The notes beneath the pieces are model-generated. The model ran no database searches. It was not told where the DNA came from and saw only the letters and a list, made by a program, of their open reading frames with translations. A program made the position numbers and the translations under genes. From Mobula birostris (Eukaryota), in the NCBI RefSeq assembly GCF_030028105.1, contig NC_092374.1, positions 194,055,345-194,119,344 of the forward strand: a DNA stretch of 64,000 bases, given 5' to 3'. Below are positions 1 to 12,718 of this stretch, in pieces (positions within the stretch are counted from its first letter, which is position 1; each line of letters starts with the position of its first letter).

Positions 1-115
1 GAAGTTTGGTATGGGCCCCCAATTCCTAAGAACATTCTACAGAGGCACAATTGAGAGCATCCTAACTGGCTGCTTCACTGCCTGGTATGGGAACTGTAAC
101 TCCCTTAATCACAGG
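1..115 (+). mobile_element. Rex1/Babar-type LINE, RT C-terminal fragment, cut by the LTR at 116
   Basis: The frame from base 2 reads KFGMGPQFLRTFYRGTIESILTGCFTAWYGNCNSLNHR, homologous to ORF 36393..36584 (KFGTDTQTLKTFYRSTIESILTGCITAWYGSC). Confidence 0.8.
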
Positions 116-796
116 TGTTATCTGTCCACAGTATCGATTCCCGTGAATGCCCCATGACCTTGTTAACTGTGAGCCTCACATGATGGCATATCTCACTGGT
201 ATAAAAAGGGGGGCCGCCGATAGTTGGGAGTCGCTTTGCTGGGGAATCGCAGTGGTAGAAGGAGAGAGAGTGAAAATTGGAGGCTCCGAACGAACCGAAA
301 GGATTGGGGTTAATCAACGGCATGCAGTGCATTTCAGGTGTGACTGACACTGGGTATAATCCATACGTGGCACGGCCTTTTGTTAACCCTTACATGGTTT
401 GGGTGTTGTGTGCTGACCACTTCGGCGAAAGGTCAGTTACTTTGAGAAAACTCACTCTTCGTAGACTGTCCTTCTCGGCTGGGATCAGCGTCAACGGTTT
501 CTTCGTTTTTTCAAGAATCGCCTCATCGCTGCTTCGTGAACTCTCTCCTCTCACTTATTTCATGAATCACTTGGACCTCTTAGACTACCACTTTAAAACT
601 GTGCTTGAGTAAGATCTGTTAAAAATTGTCTCTAAGTTCGACTGTTTGATAGCTATACACGCATAACACTGTTAACTTCCGTTTAAGTTAGTCGTTTGTT
701 TACTTTTCTATGTTTTTGAGTAAAGGTTAATAAATATCTTTGTTTATCTATAAAAACCCGACTTAATTTCATATCTATTGCTGCTGGTACGTAAGA
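116..796 (+). mobile_element. 5' LTR of Gmr1-like Gypsy element 1
   Basis: Starts TGTTA and ends GGTACGTAAGA (degenerate ...CGTAACA). TATA-like TATAAAAA near 200 and AATAAA near 730. The last ~100 bp resemble the end of the LTR at 9903-10767. Followed by a PBS and gag. Confidence 0.75.
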
Positions 797-803
797 TAAA
801 AAT

Positions 804-820
804 TGAGGGCTCGTCCGGAT
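804..820 (+). promoter_or_regulatory. Primer-binding site, tRNA-Pro type (degenerate)
   Basis: TGAGGGCTCGTCCGGAT versus the canonical tRNA-Pro PBS TGGGGGCTCGTCCGGGAT, 7 nt after the LTR end. Confidence 0.8.
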
Positions 821-927
821 ATGAACAAATTCAGAGCTTATTGATTGTTTAATTATCGATCTGATTGGGAAAAGGGAAATACCCAATTCTTTTTGTTTGA
901 TTGGTTTGTGTGTGGTGATCAGCAGCA

Positions 928-2971
928 ATGGATGTTGGGGACTTTCTGGAATCACAACCCCTGAGGGATTAGAGAAAGTGAAAAAGGGTGAGGTGCTGGA
1001 GATTGCTAAAGAACTGAAGCTTACAGGGATAACGACGACTACAACAAAGCCAGTGATTCAGAGGAAAATAGCTGAGTATTATATAGCTACGAAATTGTTT
1101 GATGAAGAGATGTTAGAGAAGTTTGCTACAAGTAAACTTGAGATGCAGCTACAACTGGAACAAATTAAGTTAGAGAGATTTAACGTATAGGTGGCGGAAA
1201 GGGACAGAGATAAAGAGAGAGAAGCTGCAGAAAAACAAAGGCAATTTCAGCTAGTGATAGAGAAGTTAAGGCTGGAGAAGCAAGCTGGTTCGAGGAAACT
1301 GGTTGTACCGTTTGTTGCTAGTCAGGAAATTAAATTGGTTCCTCTAGTTAATGAGGCAGAAGTTGATAACTACTTCCAGCATTTTGAAAAAGTTGCTCGG
1401 AGTTCACAGTGGCCGAAAGAGGGCTGGCTCGTCCTTTTACAAAGTGTAATGAAAGGTAAAACACAACAGGTTTATACGGCCTTAACCAGTGAACAGGCTG
1501 CTGATTACGATACTGTGAAGCAGGTTATATTTAAAGGTTATGAACTAGTTCCGGAAGCTTATAGACAAAGATTTAGGAGTCTGAAGACATCTGTGAACCA
1601 GACTTATGTGGAATTTGCCTATGACAATTCTGTGTGTTTTGAGCGCTGGTGCATCTCTAAAAATGTGAATGGAGGTTAAGACAAGTTGAAAGAGTTGGTT
1701 TTAATTGAGGAATTTAAAAGGTGCGTCCCTAATGACATAAAGGCATATTTGGATGAGAAAGACACTGCCACATTGCAACAGTCTGCTAAATTAGCAGATG
1801 AGTTTGCTCAAACCCACAAGGGTAAGTTTACTCCGAGTCAAATTTTCCAAAAGAATAGCATGGATAGTCAGGGTAAACCAGAAATTAAGTCGGAAGCTAG
1901 TGATAAAGGAAAAACATTTTGGTCCTATTTGTCTCTATTGTAGGAAATCTGGTCATGTTATGGCTAACTGCTTCTGTCTGAAGAAGAAGCAAAAGGAAGC
2001 AGTTCCAGATGCCTGTGTGCAACACTTTGAAACAGCAAGAAACCCGCAGGGTTCGGGACATTCATAGGAGGCTCTGTCAAGGTCTGACCGAGTTCGGAAG
2101 GAATTTGATCATTTTATGTCAGAGGGATTTGTTTCAGTGAAAGAAGGGTCCTCCCAAGTACTGGTAAAAATTCTTTGGGATACTGGGGCTTCTCAGTCAC
2201 TTATGTTAGATAGTGTTTTGTGATGAGACTGCCACTGGTGAGGTAAATCTTATACGAGGTATTGGGGACCACCTGCACAAAGAGACAGGGTTAGTTTCAG
2301 GACCTGTTAAAATAGGACTACGTACCAGTTTACCGGTGGATGGTGTTTCTTTATTGTTAGGGAATAACATAGCAAGGGGAAAAGTTGTTCCTGCAGTGCT
2401 GCTGACAACTAAGCCAATCAGTGATGATCCAAAGATGGATTCTAGCATGTACCCCTCCTGTGCAGTAACCCGAGCTATGGCCAAAAAGTCCGCCAAGGCA
2501 GATAGTTCTGTGCAGCTTGTGTCTGCTGCACATGACAGTTCAAATCGGGATTCAGATTTTGATGATTTGTCAGTAACTTTTATACCTTCATTGTTTGATC
2601 AAGATCCTTGTAGTAAGTCTGACCATAAAGACTTGTCTCTTCTGTCTAGGAAGGAGATTATAGCGGAGCAGTACAGAGACCCTGAGATTCCCACCTTAAG
2701 AGGAAAAGTTGTCCCAGATAATGAGATTGAGAAGGTGCCAGTAGGGTCGTATTTCAAGAGTGGGGTGTTAATGAGGAAGTGAAGACCACCAGAGATTCGT
2801 GCAAGTGAGAATTGGGCTGATATCCACCAGGTAGTAGTCCTTAAAGTCTATAGAAATCAGATTTTAACTTTGGCTGATAGTATGCCCTTGGGTAGCCGTC
2901 TTGGTGTGAATAAAACCATGAACAAGGTTTTTAAACGCTTTTTCTGGCCTGCTTTGAGGAAAGATGTGGCG
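928..2971 (+). pseudogene. gag-pol: Gmr1-like Gypsy element 1 internal region: gag, protease and integrase N-terminus; disrupted and 3'-truncated
   Basis: ORF pieces 897..1190, 1191..1679, 1686..1943, 1798..2067 (zinc knuckle CLYCRKSGHVMANC) and 2213..2782. Protease motif ILWDTGASQS near 2170. Integrase Zn-finger start LGVNKTMNKVFKRFFWPALRKDVA. Colinear with element 2. Confidence 0.9.
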
Positions 2972-3891
2972 ACAGAGGAAGAGGTTGTCCCTCTTGGAAG
3001 CTGTCGAAACAGAAGACTGTGCCAGTCTGAGAGGCGGACGGGTCTGCGAGTCAACAATCGGCGCTGAGGCAAAGCCGAGGAGACAGACGTCAGGCAGAGT
3101 CGTGGTAGTAGGGAACTCCATAGTGAGAAGTACAGAAAGGAGTTTCTGTGGCAGCAGGCGAGATTTAAGGATGGTGTGTTGCCTCCCTGGTGCCAGGATC
3201 CAGGATGTCACAGACCGATTGCAGGGAATCCTCAAGAGTGAAGGTGAACATCTGGAAGTGGTGGTGCATGTCGGCACAAATGACGTGGGGCAGAAGAGGG
3301 AAGATATTCTGCAGCGTGACTTCAGAGAACTCGGAAGAAGGCTGAAAAGCAGGACCTCCAGGGTGGTTATCTCCAGTTCGCCGTGTTGGAGTGGTCAAGA
3401 AAAGGGAGATAATGGATCTGAATGTGTGGCTGAGGAACTGGTGCAGGAAGCAAGGATTTACATTCTTGGACCACTGGGGTATGTTTCGGAATAAGGATGA
3501 ATTGTACAAAAGGGACGGGTTGCACCTTAATAAGTGGGGCACCAACATTCTGGCAGGCAGGTTTGCCTCTGCAATATGGATGTGTTTAAACTAAGTAGTT
3601 GGGGGGGGCAAGGGGACGAACTGCAAACATAAGGATGGAGATAAAGGGAAAGTGAGAATAAGAAAAGTTAAGAAAGACAGCAGAATCAACAGAGCAGAAA
3701 GCTCAAGAAAGGATCGTACAGTGTGGCCAAGTGAAATAGGAATTGATATGGGAGGTGAGGGGAGTAATGAATTAAAAGTATTGTATATGAATGCACGGAG
3801 TATAAGAAATAAAGTGGATGAGCTTGAGGCACAGTTGGAAATTGGTAAGTATGATGTTGTGGGAATAACAGAGGCATGGCTTCAAGTGGAC
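2972..3891 (+). mobile_element. CR1 LINE A, 5' part: SGNH-esterase ORF1 (5'-truncated) and start of ORF2 endonuclease
   Basis: ORFs 2964..3494 and 3391..3594 carry VVGNSIVR, HVGTND and DGLHLN (SGNH blocks). ORF 3652..3900 carries LYMNARSIRNK..YDVVGITEAWL (APE endonuclease N-terminus). Confidence 0.9.
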
Positions 3892-6800
3892 ATAGAATAG
3901 TACAGCACAGTACAGGCCCTTTGGCCCACAATGTTGTGCTGACCCTCAAACCCTGCCTCCCATATAAGCCCCCACCTTAGATTCCTCCATATGCCTGTCT
4001 AGTAGTCTCTTAAACTTCACTAGTGTATCTGCCTCCACCACTGACTCAGGCAGTGCATTCCACACACCAACCACTCTCTGAGTAAAAAACCTTCCTCTAA
4101 TATCCCCCTTGAACTTCCCACCCCTTACCTTAAAGCCATGTCCTCTTGTATTGAGCAGTGGTGCCCTGGGGAAGAGGCGCTGGCTATCCACTCTATCTAT
4201 TCCTCTTATTATCTTGTACACCTCTATCATGTCTCCTCTCATCCTCCTGCTCTCCAAAGAGTAAAACCCTAGCTCCCTTAATCTCTGATCATAATGCATA
4301 CTTTCTAAACCAGGCAGCATCCTGGTAAATCTCCTCTGTACCCTTTCCAATGCTTCCACATCCTTCCTATAGTCAGCTGGACACAATACTCCAAGTGTGG
4401 CCGAACCAGAGTTTTATAGAGCTGCATCATTACATCACGACTCTTAAACTCTGTCCCTTGACTTATGAAAGCTAACACCCCATAAGCTTTCTTAACTACC
4501 CTATCCACCTGTGAGGCAACTTTCAGGGATCTGTGGACATGTACCCCAAGATCCCTCTGCTCCTCCACACTACCAAGTATCCTGCCATTTACTTTGTACT
4601 CTGCCTTGGAGTTTGTCCTTCCAAAGTGTACCACCTCACACTTCTCCGGGTTGAACTCCATCTGCCACTTCTCAACCCATTTCTGCATCCTATCAATGTC
4701 TCTCTGCAAACTTTGACAATCCTCTACACTATCTGCAACACCACCAACCTTTGTGTCGTCTTCAAACTTGCCAACCCACCCTTCTACTCCCACATCCAGG
4801 TTGTTAATAAAAATCACAAAAAGTAGAGGTCCCAGAACAGATCCCTGTGGGACATCACTAGTCACAATCCTCCAATCTGAATGTACTCCCTCCACCACCA
4901 CCCTCTGCCTTCTGCAGGCAAGCCAATTCTGAATCCGCCTGGCCAAACTTCCCTGGATCCCATGCCTTCTAACTTTCTGAATAAGCCTACCGTGTGGAAC
5001 CTTGTCAAATGCCTTACTAAAATCCATATAGATCACATCCACTGCACTACCCTCATCTATATGCCTGGTCACCTCCTCAAGGAACTCTATCAGGCCTGTT
5101 AGACACGATCTGCCCTTCACAAAGCCATGCTGACTGTCCCTGATCAGACCATGATTCTCTAAATGCCTATAGATCCTATCTCTAAGAATCTTTTCCAACA
5201 GCTTTCCCACCACAGACGTAAGGCTCACTGGTCTATAATTACCCGGACTATCCCTACTACCTTTTTTGAACAAGGGAACAACATTCGCCTCCCTCCAATC
5301 CTCCAGTACCATTCCCGTGGACAACGAGGACATAAAGATCCTAGCCAGAGGCTCAGCAATCTCTTCTCTCGCCTCGTGGAGCAGCCTGGGGAATATTCTG
5401 TCAGGCCCCGGGGACTTATCTGTCCTAATGTATTTTAATAACTCCAACACCTCCTCTCCCTTAATATCAGCATGCTCCAGAACATCAACCTCACTCATAT
5501 TGTCCTCACCATCATCAAGTTCCCTCTCATTGGTGAATACTGAAGAGAAGTATTCATTGAGGACCTCGCTCACTTCCACAGCCTCCAGGCACATCTTCCC
5601 ACCTTTATCTCTAATCGGTCCTACCTTCACTCCTGTCATCATTTTTTCCTTCACATAATTGAAGAATGCCTTGGGGTTTTCCTTTACCCTACTCGCCAGG
5701 GCCTTCTCATGCGCCCTTCTTGCTCTTCTCAGTCCCGTTTTAAGCTCCTTTCTTGCTTCCCTATATTCCTCAATAGACCCATCTGATCCTTGCTTCCTAA
5801 ACCTCATGTATGCTGCCTTCTTCCTCCTGACTAGATTTTCCACCTCATGGTTCCTTCACCCTACCATTCTTTATCTTCCTCACCGGGACAAATTTATCCC
5901 TTACATCCCGCAAGAGATCTCTAAACATCGACCACATGTCCATAGTACATTTCCCTGCAAAAACATCATCCCAATTGACACCCGCAAGTTCTAGCCTTAT
6001 AGTCTCATAATTTGCCTTTCCCCAATTAAAAATTTTCCTGTCCTCTTTGATTCTATCCTTTTCCATGATAATTCTAAAGGCCAGGAAGCGGTGGTCACTG
6101 TCCCCCAGATGCTCACCCACTGAGAGATCTGTGACCTGACCCGGTTCATTACCTAGTACTAGATCTAGTATGGCATTCCCCCTGGTCGGCCTGTCCACAT
6201 ACTGTGACAGGAATCCATCCTGGACACACTTAACAAATTCTGCCCCATCTAAACCCTTGGAACTAATCAGGTGCCAATCAATATTAGGGAAGTTAAAGTT
6301 ACCCATGATAACAACCCTGTTAATTTTGCACCTTTCCAAAATCTGCCTCCCAATCTGCTCCTCTGTATCTCTGCTGCTACCAGGGTGCCTATAGAATACC
6401 CCCAGTAGAATAACTGCTTCCTTCCTGTTTCTGACTTCCACCCATATTGACTCAAAAGAGGATCCTGCTACATTACCCACCCTTTCTGTAGCTGTAATAT
6501 TATCCCTGACCAGTAATGCCACCCCTCCTCCCCCTTTTCCACCCTCTCTACCCCTTTCAAAGCACTGAAATCCAGGAATATTGAGAATCTATTCCTGCCC
6601 TGGTGCCAGCCAAGTCTCTGCAATGGCCACTACATCATAATTCCATGTATGTATCCAAGCTCTCAGTTCATCACCTTTGTTCCTGATGCTTCTTGCATTG
6701 AGGTACACACATTTCAGCCCTTCTACCTTACTGTCTTTACACCGTTTATTCTGCTTCTCTTTCCTCAAAGCCTCTCTGTATGTTAGATCTGGCTTTACTC

Positions 6801-7729
6801 CATGCACTTCTTTCACTGCTCTATTGCTCTGGGTCCCACCCCCTTGCAAATTAGTTTAAACCCTCCTGAACCATGCTAGCAAACCTACCTGCAAGGATAT
6901 TGCTCCCCCTCGAGTTCAGGTGCAACCCATCCAATCTGTACAGGTCCCACCTTCCCCAGAAGAGATCCCAATGATCTAAAAATCTAAAACCCTGCTCCCT
7001 GCACCAACTCCTCAGCGACGCGTTCAACTGCCATCTCCTCCAATTCTTACCATCTCTGTCACATAGCACTGGCAGCAATCCTGAGAATGTCACCCTTGAG
7101 GTCCTGTTCTTCAGCCTTCTGCCTAATTCCCGAAACTCACACTTCAGGACCTCATCCCTCTTCCTGCCTGTGTCGTTGGTCCCAACATGTATCACGACTT
7201 CTGGTTGCTTTCCCTCTCGTACCAGGATGTCGTGCACCCGGTCAGAGACATCCCAGACCCTGGCACCCGGGAGGCAACAAACCATGCGGGTGTCCTTCTC
7301 ACATCCACAAAATCTCCTGTCTGCTCCCCTGACTATAGAGTCTCCAATGACGACAGCTCTCCTCTTCTCCGTCCCACCCTTCTGCACCACAGGGTCAGAC
7401 TCAGTGCCGGAGGCCCTGCCACCGTGGCTCACACCTGGTCGGTCGTCCCAGCCAACAGTATCCAGGACGGTAAACTTATTATTCAGGGGAATGGCTACAG
7501 GGGTGCTCTGCACTATCTGTCTGCTCACCTTCGCTTTCCCTCCTCTGACTGTCACCCAACGACCTGCTTCTGACAGCCTAGGTGTGACTACCTCCCTGTA
7601 GCTCTCATCTATGACTGCCTCATTCTCCCTTATGAGTCGAAGGTCATCCAGCTGCTGCTCCAGATTCCTTACACGATCTTCCAGATCGCCCAGCCGTATG
7701 CACTTCTGGCAGATGTGATTCTGCGGGAG
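3892..7729 (-). mobile_element. CR1 LINE B, near full length (ORF1 5'-truncated, ORF2 EN-RT with a few stops/frameshifts, 3' UTR), nested in CR1 A
   Basis: ORF1 6851..7753 (CQKC, coiled coil, GDS/GTND/DGLH). ORF2 pieces 6589..6849, 5845..6522 (EN), 4305..5843 (RT: [23 protein letters not shown]) and 3946..4386. Confidence 0.95.
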
Positions 7730-9902
7730 AGGGCCTGGGAAATGAATATTCAAGGGTATACGTCCTATCGAAAGGACAGACAGGTTGGCAGAGGGGGTGG
7801 GGTGGCTCTGTTGGTGAGGAATGATATTCAGTCCCTTGCGAGGGGGGACATAGAATCAGGAGACGAAGAGTCAGTATGGATAGAACTGAGGAATTCTAAG
7901 GGTAGGAAGACCCTAATGGGAGTTATTTACAGGCTCCCAAACAGTAGTCTGGATGTAGAGTGTAAGTTAAATCAAGAGTTAAAATTGGCATGTCACAAAG
8001 GTAATGCTACAGTTCTTATGGGGGACTTCAACATGCAGGTAGACTGGAGGAATCAGGTTGGTACTGGACCCCAAGAAAGGGAGTTTGTGGAGTCCCTCCG
8101 AGCTGGATTCTTAGAACAGCTTGTACTGGAGCCTACCAGAGAGAACGGAGTTCTAGATTTAGTGCTGTGCAATGAACCGGATTTGATCAGGGACCTCGAG
8201 GTAAAGGAGCCATTAGGAGGTAGTGACCATAATATGATAAGTTTTAATCTACAATTTGAGAGGGAGAAGGGAAAATCGAAAGTGTCACTATTACAGTGGA
8301 ACAAAGGGAACTGTGGTGCTATGAGGGAGGAGCTGGCCAAAGTTCAATGGAACAATACCCTAGCAGGGATGACAGTGGAACAGCAATGGCAAGTGTTTCT
8401 GGGAATAATGCAGAAGGTGCAGGATCAGTTCATTCTAAAGAGGAAGAAAGATCCTAAGGGGAGTAAGGGGAGGCTCAGGCTGACAAGGGAATTAATGGAC
8501 AGTATAAAAATAATAGAGAATAAGTATAACATGGCAAAGATGAGTGGGAAGCCGGAGGATTGGGAAACTTTTAAAGAGCAACAGAAGGTAACCAAAAAAG
8601 GCAATACACAGAGAAAAAATGAGATACGAAGGTAAACTAGCCAAGAATATAAAGGAGGATAGTAAAAGCTTCTTTAGGTATGTGAAAAGGGAAAAAAATA
8701 GTTAAGACCAAAATTGGGCCCTTGAAGACAGAAGCGGGTGAATTTATTATGGGGAACAAGGAAATAGCAGACGAGTTGAACAGGTACTTTGGATCTGTCT
8801 CCACTAGGGAAGACACAAACAATCTCCCAGATGTAATAGTGGCCAAAGGACCTAGGGTAACGGATGAATTGAAGGAAATTTATATTAGGCAGGAAATGGT
8901 GTTGGATAGGCTGTTGGGTCTGAAGGCTGATAAGTCCCCGGGACCTGATGGTCTGCATCCCAGGGTACTTAATGAGGTGGCTTTAGAAAGCGTGGACACA
9001 TTGGTAATCATTTTCCAATGTTCTATAGATTCAGGATCAGTTACTTTGGAGTGGAGGGTGGCTAATGTTGTCCCTCTCTTCAAGAAGGGAGGAAGAGAGA
9101 AAAGAGGGAATTATAGACCAGTTAGCCTGACGTCGGTGGTGGGAAAGATGCTGGAGTCAATTATAAAAAATGAAATTACGACACAACTGGATAGCAGTAA
9201 CAGGATTGGTCCGAGTCAGCATGGATTTCCAAAGGGGAAATCGTGCTTGACTAATCTTCTGGAATTTTCTGAGGATGTAATTATGAAAATGGATAACGGA
9301 GAGCCAGTGGATGTAGTGTACCTGGACTTTCAGAAAGCCTTTGATAAAGTCCCACATAGGAGATTAATGGGCAAAATTAGGGCACATAGTATTGTGGGCA
9401 GAGTACTGACATGGATTGAAAATTGGCTGGCTGACAGAAAACAAAGAGTAGCGATTAACAGGTCCCTTTCGGAATGGCAGTCAGTGACCAGTGGGGTACC
9501 ACAGGGTTCAGTGCTGGGACCACAGCTGTTTACAATAAATATTAATGATTTAGATGAGGGAATTAAAAGTAACATTAGCAAATTTGCTGATGACACAAAG
9601 CTGAGTGGCAGTGTGAAATGTGAGGAGGATGTTATGAGAATGCAGGGTGACTTGGACAGGCTGGGTGAGTGGGCAGATGCATGGCAGATGCAGTTTAATG
9701 TGGATAAATATGAGGTTATCCACTTTGGTGGTAAGAACGGGAAGGCAGATTATTATCTAAATGGAGTCAAGTTAGGAAAAGAGGAAGCACAATGAGATCT
9801 AGGTGTTCTTGTACATCAGTCACTGAAAGCAAGCATGCAAGTACAGCAGGCAGTGAAGAAAGCTAATGGCATGCTGGCCTTCATAGCAAGGGGAATTCAG
9901 TA
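7730..9902 (+). mobile_element. CR1 LINE A, continuation: ORF2 endonuclease and RT, cut by the Gypsy LTR at 9903
   Basis: ORF 7715..8635 (WEMNIQGY..GGGVALLV..GDFN..LDLVL..SDHN) and ORF 8722..9795 ([23 protein letters not shown]). Rejoins 3891 in frame as WLQVD|RAWEMN. Confidence 0.93.
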
Positions 9903-10767
9903 TGTTACATGCTCAAGGAGATGTGATTTTTTTGTGAGAATGATATAATAGTCTTTTGGAGGTCACCTGATGTGATTTTCCCGCCGATGTGAGGTCATGT
10001 GATGATATGTGACTCATGACTATATAAGGCTCGACCCAGGTGAAGCAGGGTTTTTTTTAGTTTGTAGATTTCCCGGTAGAACGTGCTGTATCTCCGTTTC
10101 TGTTGCGTGTTTGTGTTTCGTGAGGCAGTTTAATTTTTAAAACGGTTGTGTGGACTGGAAATTTTTGCTAGATGTGGTGATTTACCCAATTCCAACATTA
10201 GAAGGGAGAGTGAAGAACTTATCGAAGTACACGATCGAGTGATCAAGAGAAGTCGGTATCGTTTGGCAGTTTAATAAAGGACCGACCTTATTGAGTTTTC
10301 GTTGGAGTAGCAACCTGCATCGCGGATAACTCTTGCCAAACAGAGCAAGGAGTTCATGCAAAAAGGTGCTCTCTCTCTCTCTCTCTAAAGGAATTTAAAG
10401 TCAGTTGATTTAAACTGTTTATTTTCGGCATCGTGAATCCTGTGGACAGAACCAGCGGTAAAGGTGCGTCCGTGAAGAAATCCTTCTCCAGAGAAGTCTC
10501 TCTCAATTGAAAGTGTAAATCTGTTGGACTTTCCAAGTTATTGCTTGAAGAACTATATCTGACTTTATCGCTTTAAGAACTGTTTTCGCATTTAACGCTT
10601 TAAGAACCAGAGCCGAGTGGCGAGTTGGTGAACGGCTGCAGACCTGTTAACATCTGGTTAAAGTTCGTTTGTTTTTTTTTCCTCATTGTTTATCCGTGTT
10701 TAATAAATGTTTTGTTGTTTTTATATAACCTGTCTCGATTAATATTCATTGTTGCTGATACGTAACA
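9903..10767 (+). mobile_element. 5' LTR of Gmr1-like Gypsy element 2
   Basis: TGTTACA...CGTAACA termini, TATATAA near 10021, AATAAA near 10701, homologous to 15706..17025, followed by a PBS. Confidence 0.9.
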
Positions 10768-10774
10768 TAAACTG

Positions 10775-10792
10775 TGGGGGCTTGGCCAGGAA
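10775..10792 (+). promoter_or_regulatory. Primer-binding site, tRNA-Pro type (degenerate)
   Basis: TGGGGGCTTGGCCAGGAA versus TGGGGGCTCGTCCGGGAT, 7 nt after the LTR. Confidence 0.7.
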
Positions 10793-10900
10793 ATGTTCCG
10801 ATTTTGAGTTTTAAGTGCTGGTAATTGGCATTTTGATTTGGATAAGGGGAATACCCGATTTTTTTTGGTTTGATTGGTGTGTGTGTTGTATTCAGCAACA

Positions 10901-12024
10901 ATGGATATTGACGGGTTTTTGAAGACGCCTGACTCGGGATCTTTAGAGAATGCGAGAAAACCTGAGGTATTAGAGATTGCTAGGAAGTTGGATATTAAAG
11001 GAATTACGAAGAATTCCACCAAGGCTTTCATACAAAGAAAAATTGCTGAATATTATATTAATTTGGAATTGTTTGATGCTGAGGTGTTAGATAAGTTTCC
11101 AATGAGTAATCTGGAAATGCAGTTGCATCTTGAACAGTTAAAGTTTGAAAGATTTAAAGTGGAAACGGTCGAAAGAGAGGCTAATAAAATAAAGGAATTC
11201 GAAGAAAGAGAGGCCCTTAAAAAAAGGGAATTTGCAGAAAGAGAAGCTGAAAACCAGAGGAAATTCGAGCTGGAGATGCAGAAACTAAAGTCCAGGAGTC
11301 AGTCTTCTGGTTCTACGAAACAGTTTATTGCTAGTCGTGAGGTTATTTTGGCTCCTCCATTTAATGAAGCTGAAGTGGACGCATATTTCCAACATTTCAA
11401 AACAGTTGCTCTGAGTTTAAAATGGCCGAAGGACCAATGGCCAGTGATGTTACAAAGTGTAATTAAAGGCAAGGCACAAGAAGTTTATACTGTACAGCTT
11501 TAAATGCTGAGCAAGCACTGGATTATGATATTGTTAAGCAGCAAATATTGAAGTCATACGAGATGGTTCCGGAAGCGTATAGAGAAAGATTTAGAAATTT
11601 GAAGAAATCGGTGGAAAAAACTTATGTGGAATTTAACTATGAGAAATCTCTGTGTTTTGAGAGATGGGTTTCCTCTAAAAATGTGAATGGGGAGTATAAT
11701 AAATTGAAAGAGCTGATTTTGCAGGAGGAATTTAAAAGAAGCATTCCTGTTGAAGTGAGAACATACTTAAATGAACAGGACACTGCTAAATCACAGGAGA
11801 TTGCTAAATTGGCTGATGAGTATGTTTTAATTCACAAGAATCAATTTTCTCCAGGTAAAAATTTTAAAAGGAAAACTAGCACAGAGAGTCAAGGTAAATC
11901 AGGCATTAAATCTGAAGTTAGTGAGAAAAGTAAGGATGAAGGGAGACATGTGAAGGAAAGATATTTTGGTATTATTTGTAATTATTGTAAGAAATCTGGG
12001 CATGTAATAGCTAATTGCTTCTGA
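10901..12024 (+). pseudogene. gag: Gmr1-like gag (frameshifted near 11500)
   Basis: ATG at 10901. ORFs 10874..11503 and 11548..12024, with capsid/SCAN-like region YEMVPEAYRERFR..LILQEEFKRSIP and CCHC knuckle CNYCKKSGHVIANC. Confidence 0.9.
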
Positions 12025-12718
12025 TTGAAACGGAAAGAGAAAGAAGTGGCTCCAGATGCTTGTATGCAGCATATTGAAAAACCTGTAAAGCCACAGGGTT
12101 CAGAAAATACTAATGAAGGTGTGTTAGAGTCTGACCAAGTTAAGAAAGGATATGAAACTTTTATAACAGAAGGTTTCGTATCCTTGAAAGAAGGATCCAA
12201 TTCAGTACCAATAAGAATACTTAGAGATACTGGAGCTTCTCCATCACTAATATTAGACTGTGTGCTAAAGTTTAGTGATGAGTCTGACATTGCTTAGGTA
12301 AATTATATAAGAGGAGTTGGGAGTGCCCTTATGCCAGTACATTTACATAGAGTAAAATTAAGGTCAGAATTAGTTACAGGAGTTGTTTAAGTAGGACTTC
12401 AATCCAGTTTACCTGTGAATGATGTTTCTCTTTTGTTAGGGAATGATTTAGCAGGTGGACAAGTTTTTCCTGAAGTGTATTTGACAATAAATTCAAATTC
12501 TGAGGAACCACAGAGGGATTCTAACACAGATTCTTCCTGTGTTGTAACAAGAGCTATGGCTAAAAAAGACTGATGCAAAGGATGAGGTTGTTACCCGTGA
12601 CAGTTCAAATCAAGTTTCGAATTTTGAGGATGTATCAGAAACGTTCTTACCTGCATTATTTGATCAGTATTGTGGTGGTAAGTCTGACCAGGAAGATTTA
12701 TCTTTATCTCAGAAGGAG
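12025..12718 (+). pseudogene. pol: Gmr1-like aspartic protease region (stops/frameshifts)
   Basis: ORF 12025..12297 contains IRILRDTGASPSLIL (DTG catalytic motif). Confidence 0.85.

Noticed and set aside
7730-7753. Apparent start (MNIHFPGP) of the 300-aa ORF 6851..7753
   Set aside because: These codons are the reverse strand of host CR1-A. The real ORF1 of CR1-B is 5'-truncated at 7729.
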